64,000 nucleotides of DNA from positions 372,001-436,000 of the forward strand of contig NIVC01000095.1 of assembly GCA_002269645.1 (NCBI GenBank). The letters run 5' to 3'. Positions 58,975-64,000 of this stretch are shown here, one piece after another. This DNA is from Macrostomum lignano. Its lineage: Eukaryota. A model generated the notes under the pieces. That model saw nothing but the letters and a program-made list of their open reading frames with translations, was not told where the DNA came from and did no database searches. The position numbers and the translations under genes were made by a program. How positions within the stretch are numbered: the first letter of the stretch is position 1; every line of letters begins with the position of its first letter.

Positions 58975-59312
58975 TTCAAGTCCATGTCTATCTATGTAAT
59001 TCCCCTATCAAGTCCACGACCATCCATCTAATTCCCCTATCGAGTCCATGATCATGCCTGTACTCGTAATTCCCCTATCGAGTCCATGACCATTCATGTA
59101 ATTCCCCAATCGAGTCCATGACCATTCATGTAATTCCCCTATCGAGTCCATGACCATTCATGTAATTCCCCTATCGAGTCCATGACCATCCATGTAATTC
59201 CCCTATCGAGTCCATGACCATTCATGTAATTCCCGAATCGAGTCCATGACCATTCATGTAATTCCCCTATCGAGTCCATGACCATCCATCTAATTCCCCT
59301 ATCGAGTTCATG
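58975..59312. repeat. 32-bp minisatellite (GTAATTCCCCTATCGAGTCCATGACCATTCAT)
   Basis: Visible; degenerate copies at the left edge. Confidence 0.9.
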
Positions 59313-60117
59313 ACCAGTTCTTAATACGCCAGTAATCTTTGCCAATTCGTAAATGATTTATTTACCTGTAATATTCAATTCTTCATGATGGTGAAAATTT
59401 GTGTGCTTGCTGACCTTTGCACTTTTGTCTACAGTGTGATATATACAGCTACTAGGGTGTCCCTAATTGACCTTGTAGGGAAGTTAAACTAATTTTATGA
59501 GTACGAACTGATTTGCTGATCGTGTTTGGTAGGATCTAATTATGCGAAGCTGACAAAGATAGGCAGAGTGGCGGGTGGAAGAGAAGCCCATTGACCCCTG
59601 AGTTATGACGTGCTGATAAATATGCTCAGTTAGGGGAGAGTGGCAGAGGTATATATCTTGGTATTTATTATATAGTTGGATTGAAAGCCTCACGCCTTAA
59701 AATTATTTTTTTTCTATCTCTATTTCTACATCATACTCGTATACGTTTTAGCAAAATTTTATTATTAATTATTAATTAAAGTTGAAGTGTAACACTGCTA
59801 TGAGAGGGACATTCGGATAAGTCAAATACAAGCAGGAATGGATCAGAATGTGTGTGTTTTTTTCTAACCTATTGGCACATTGCCAACACTCCCACTCAAA
59901 GGAGACACGTTAGGGGTTGAGAAATAAGAGATGAGCTGGATAAATACTCGTATCTCCGAGCTATTCGTTGTTGCATATTTCATTGAGAAGCCTTCTCATA
60001 GGTGGATTCACGGAGGGATAAACTGACGGCTGTGTATCTGTGTAGATACAATATGAGTCAATTGTGTGCCTTTGTAGATAGGTGTTTACAGAACTTCATC
60101 ACAGATTTTTAGTTGGG

Positions 60118-60290
60118 ACAGACAGACAGACAGACAGACAGACACAGATAGACAGACAGACAGACAGAGAGACAGGCAGACAGACACAGATAGACAGACA
60201 GACAGACAGACAGGCAGGCAGGCAGACAGACAGACAGGCAGACAGGTAAAGAGACAGACATACAGACAGACATGCATACAGACACAGGCA
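60118..60290. repeat. (CAGA)n microsatellite
   Basis: Visible. Confidence 0.93.
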
Positions 60291-60837
60291 CAGACGTCCA
60301 TCTGCATCCATGCTGTTTCAAGTTCTGCACCAGCGGCCGCTCTGGTCTGTATCTACGGCAGCTATGCGTCTGGGAAACACGCGCGGCTGTAATAAATCAA
60401 ACAAAACGCAGAAATCCAGCCAGAGAAAGCCAATTTCCTGCGATTGCCATCATTTAGAGTAAAATAGTGGCTGATAGTAGAGTTGATGGCACACAGCAAA
60501 GTCAAGTTGGCACATAAGGCGCTATTGCTTCTGTTGGCGGCTCTGTGTGTGCCATAATAATTTTTTATTAGATTTTGGAATAGTTTCGTTAGCTAAGTAA
60601 CACACAGTGTTTTTGTACTTTGTATTGAATCTGCCCATGCATTTATATGCCTGAATCTTTTAGCTAATCTGTTGGGCGAGCGTTTGGCAAGATTTTCCAA
60701 TTAGCTAAGTCTTCTACTAGTAACTCGTCTTGTCTGGCTTCAAATAGGGGGATTACGAATTGAGCGATGTACATAATCTGTAATACTAGTTATTCCTTCC
60801 GAGTTTGTTAGGCCTATCCATTTATGGCCAAGAATAT

Positions 60838-62790
60838 TAAGCTAACTGACACCCCGTCCTTGAAGCTAACTGACACCCCGTCCTTGAAGCTAACTGACAC
60901 CCCGTCCTTGAAGCTAACTGACACCCCGTCCTTGAAGCTAACTGACAGCCCGTCCTTGAAGCTAACTGACACCCCGTCCTTGAAGCTAACTGACAGCCCG
61001 TCCTTGAAGCTAACTGACAGCCCGTCCTTGAAGCTAACTGACAGCCCGTCCTTGAAGCTAACTGACAGCCCGTCCTTGAAGCTAACTGACAGCCCGTCCT
61101 TGAAGCTAACTGACACCCCGTCCTTGAAGCTAACTGACACCCCGTCCTTGAAGCTAACTGACACCCCGTCCTTGAAGCTAACTGACAGCCCGTCCTTGAA
61201 GCTAACTGACAGCCCGTCCTTGAAGCTAACTGACACCCCGTCCTTGAAGCTAACTGACACCCCGTCCTTGAAGCTAACTGACACCCCGTCCTTGAAGCTA
61301 ACTGACACCCCGTCCTTGAAGCTAACTGACACCCCGTCCTTGAAGCTAACTGACAGCCCGTCCTTGAAGCTAACTGACACCCCGTCCTTGAAGCTAACTG
61401 ACAGCCCGTCCTTGAAGCTAACTGACACCCCGTCCTTGAAGCTAACTGACACCCTGTCCTTGAAGCTAACTGACAGCCCGTCCTTGAAGCTTACTGACAC
61501 CCCGTCCTTGAAGCTAACTGACACCTGTCCTTGAAGCTTACTGACACCCCGTCCTTGAAGCTAACTGACACCTGTCCTTGAAGCTTACTGACACCCCGTC
61601 CTTGAAGCTAACTGACAGCCCGTCCTTGAAGCTAACTGACAGCCCGTCCTTGAAGCTAACTGACGCCTGTCCTTGAAGCTAACTGACACCCCGTCCTTGA
61701 AGCTAACTGACACCCCGTCCTTGAAGCTAACTGACACCCCGTCCTTGAAGCTAACTGACACCCTGTCCTTGAAGCTAACTGACACCTGTCCTTGAAGCTT
61801 ACTGACACCCCGTCCTTGAAGCTAACTGACACCTGTCCTTGAAGCTTACTGACACCCCGTCCTTGAAGCTAACTGACAGCCCGTCCTTGAAGCTAACTGA
61901 CACCCCGTCCTTGAAGCTAACTGACACCCTGTCCTTGAAGCTAACTGACACCTGTCCTTGAAGCTTACTGACACCCCGTCCTTGAAGCTAACTGACACCT
62001 GTCCTTGAAGCTTACTGACACCCCGTCCTTGAAGCTAACTGACAGCCCGTCCTTGAAGCTAACTGACACCCTGTCCTTGAAGCTAACTGACACCTGTCCT
62101 TGAAGCTTACTGACACCCCGTCCTTGAAGCTAACTGACACCTGTCCTTGAAGCTTACTGACACCCCGTCCTTGAAGCTAACTGACAGCCCGTCCTTGAAG
62201 CTAACTGACACCCCGTCCTTGAAGCTAACTGACACCCTGTCCTTGAAGCTAACTGACACCTGTCCTTGAAGCTTACTGACACCCCGTCCTTGAAGCTAAC
62301 TGACACCTGTCCTTGAAGCTTACTGACACCCCGTCCTTGAAGCTAACTGACAGCCCGTCCTTGAAGCTAACTGACAGCCCGTCCTTGAAGCTAACTGACA
62401 CCTGTCCTTGAAGCTTACTGACACCCCGTCCTTGAAGCTAACTGACACCCCGTCCTTGAAGCTAACTGACAGCCCGTCCTTGAAGCTAACTGACAGCCCG
62501 TTTTGAAGCTAACTGACAGCCTGTTTTGAAGCTAACTGACAGCCTGTTTTGAAGCTAACTGACAGCCTGTTTTGAAGCTAACTGACAGCCCGTTTTGAAG
62601 CTAACTGACAGCCTGTTTTGAAGCTAACTGACAGCCTGTTTTGAAGCTAACTGACAGCCTGTTTTGAAGCTAACTGACAGCCTGTTTTGAAGCTAACTGA
62701 CAGCCTGTTTTGAAGCTAACTGACAGCCTGTTTTGAAGCTAACTGACAGCCCGTTTTGAAGCTAACTGACATCCGTTCTGAAGCTATCTG
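60838..62790. repeat. 23-24-bp minisatellite (GCTAACTGACACCCCGTCCTTGAA)n ending in a GCTAACTGACAGCCTGTTTTGAA variant block
   Basis: Visible periodicity and recurring multi-unit blocks. Confidence 0.97.
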
Positions 62791-62799
62791 CCGTCTTGA

Positions 62800-63112
62800 C
62801 ACACAGTTTAATAGCTACTGACACACAGTTTAATAGCTACTGACACACAGTTTAATAGCTACTGACACAGTTTAATAGCTACTGACACACAGTTTAATAG
62901 CTACTGACACACAGTTTAATAGCTACTGACACACAGTTTAATAGCTACTGACACACAGTTTAATAGCTACTGACACAGTTTAATAGCTACTGACACACAG
63001 TTTAATAGCTACTGACACACAGTTTAATAGCTACTGACACACAGTTTAATAGCTACTGACACACAGTTTAATAGCTACTGACACACAGGCACAGTTTAAT
63101 AGCTACTGACAC
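62800..63112. repeat. 22-24-bp repeat (ACACACAGTTTAATAGCTACTG)
   Basis: Visible. Confidence 0.93.
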
Positions 63113-63686
63113 AGAATTTAATACCAGAGTCGTAGCCATTTTAAACTCAGCTGATGAGGAGAGGCTGGATTAGTTAGTAGCCCTGCCAATGCTGGACGGG
63201 GACAAAAGGGAGAGAGAGGGAGACTGAGAGGAGAGTCTTAGATCGGTGTGCCTGTGCAAAATACGCGATGGGGAAGGAAGCTGTCTCCCCCAGTGAGTCA
63301 TAGGCACGTCATGCCCAGTCACCCGCCATCAACCCTTGCGAGACTGGGGGGCCCACCGACCAACGCCGGCGCTGTTTAGGTGGAATTATTATTAGAGTAA
63401 GTAAGTTGGGCAGCCCCATCACCCACTGCATGTCCCCTTGCCTGTGCAGCAGATGGGAGCGAGAGTCTGATAATTTATCCCCTACTCCCTCTAGCATTTC
63501 TATCCCTGCTCCCCTCCCGGTTTCTGCCTTGAGGGAATAGAATATGGCTGCGGACTAACTGATGCGGTGGGTAAAATGGGAAATCTGGAAATCCTTAGCA
63601 GCTCCCTGTCTGCTTTTGCAGCATTTCTTTCCTGTGTCTTCTGCTTTCAGCTCTTTTAGAACTGTGGGAATCCTCGAATTCGTCCG

Positions 63687-63687
<1 letters not shown>

Positions 63688-63746
<59 letters not shown>

Positions 63747-63747
63747 C

Positions 63748-63838
<91 letters not shown>

Positions 63839-63851
63839 CCTATCTATCTAC

Positions 63852-63934
<83 letters not shown>

Positions 63935-63935
63935 C

Positions 63936-63971
<36 letters not shown>

Positions 63972-64000
63972 TTATCTATATATCTATCTATCTATCTACC
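63688..64000. repeat. (TATC)n GATA-type microsatellite, runs off the window
   Basis: Visible. Confidence 0.97.

Noticed and set aside
60290-60460. Next ARHGAP39 exon after the (CAGA)n tract
   Set aside because: The phase-0 frame hits a stop without a good donor; not supportable.
63145-63200. CTGATGAG as a hammerhead ribozyme core (also 14695)
   Set aside because: No stem II followed by GAAA and no closing helices could be built.
63120-63685. Unique GC-balanced segment, possibly a retroelement UTR or exon
   Set aside because: No diagnostic motif, TSD or open frame that I can identify.

Overview
Eukaryotic, intron-rich and very minisatellite-rich window; by my rough sum about one third is tandem repeat. 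The style (short introns, Ala/Gln-rich exons, a private minisatellite in most introns) resembles a free-living flatworm such as Macrostomum, but that is inference only. Genes reconstructed from splice signals and codon phase: (1) the 3' part of a Dbx homeobox gene (+, 623-4206); (2) a multi-exon EML/EMAP HELP-WD40 gene (-, 14993 to at least 28314); (3) an EF-hand-like, C1orf87-like gene immediately upstream on the same strand (-, ~30732-34822), whose exon phases allow splicing straight into EML; (4) UBTD1/2 (-, 40044-50266), with an intronless four-TM orphan ORF nested antisense in intron 1; (5) the 5' part of ARHGAP39/Vilse (+, from 51166), head-to-head with UBTD. Mobile DNA: two LTR-like insertions, one with an internal tRNA-Leu PBS and a duplicated 3' end; a near-intact DD37E (TRT-like) Tc1/mariner element; a mariner remnant; two hAT-like non-autonomous elements, one nested in a larger TIR element and one hosting a Merlin element; tRNA-derived SINEs including CORE-like copies; and a possible heavily decayed LINE RT in a CpG desert. 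Most long ORFs in the supplied track are artefacts of tandem repeats. Several 1-bp homopolymer deletions break otherwise intact frames and look like long-read assembly errors.
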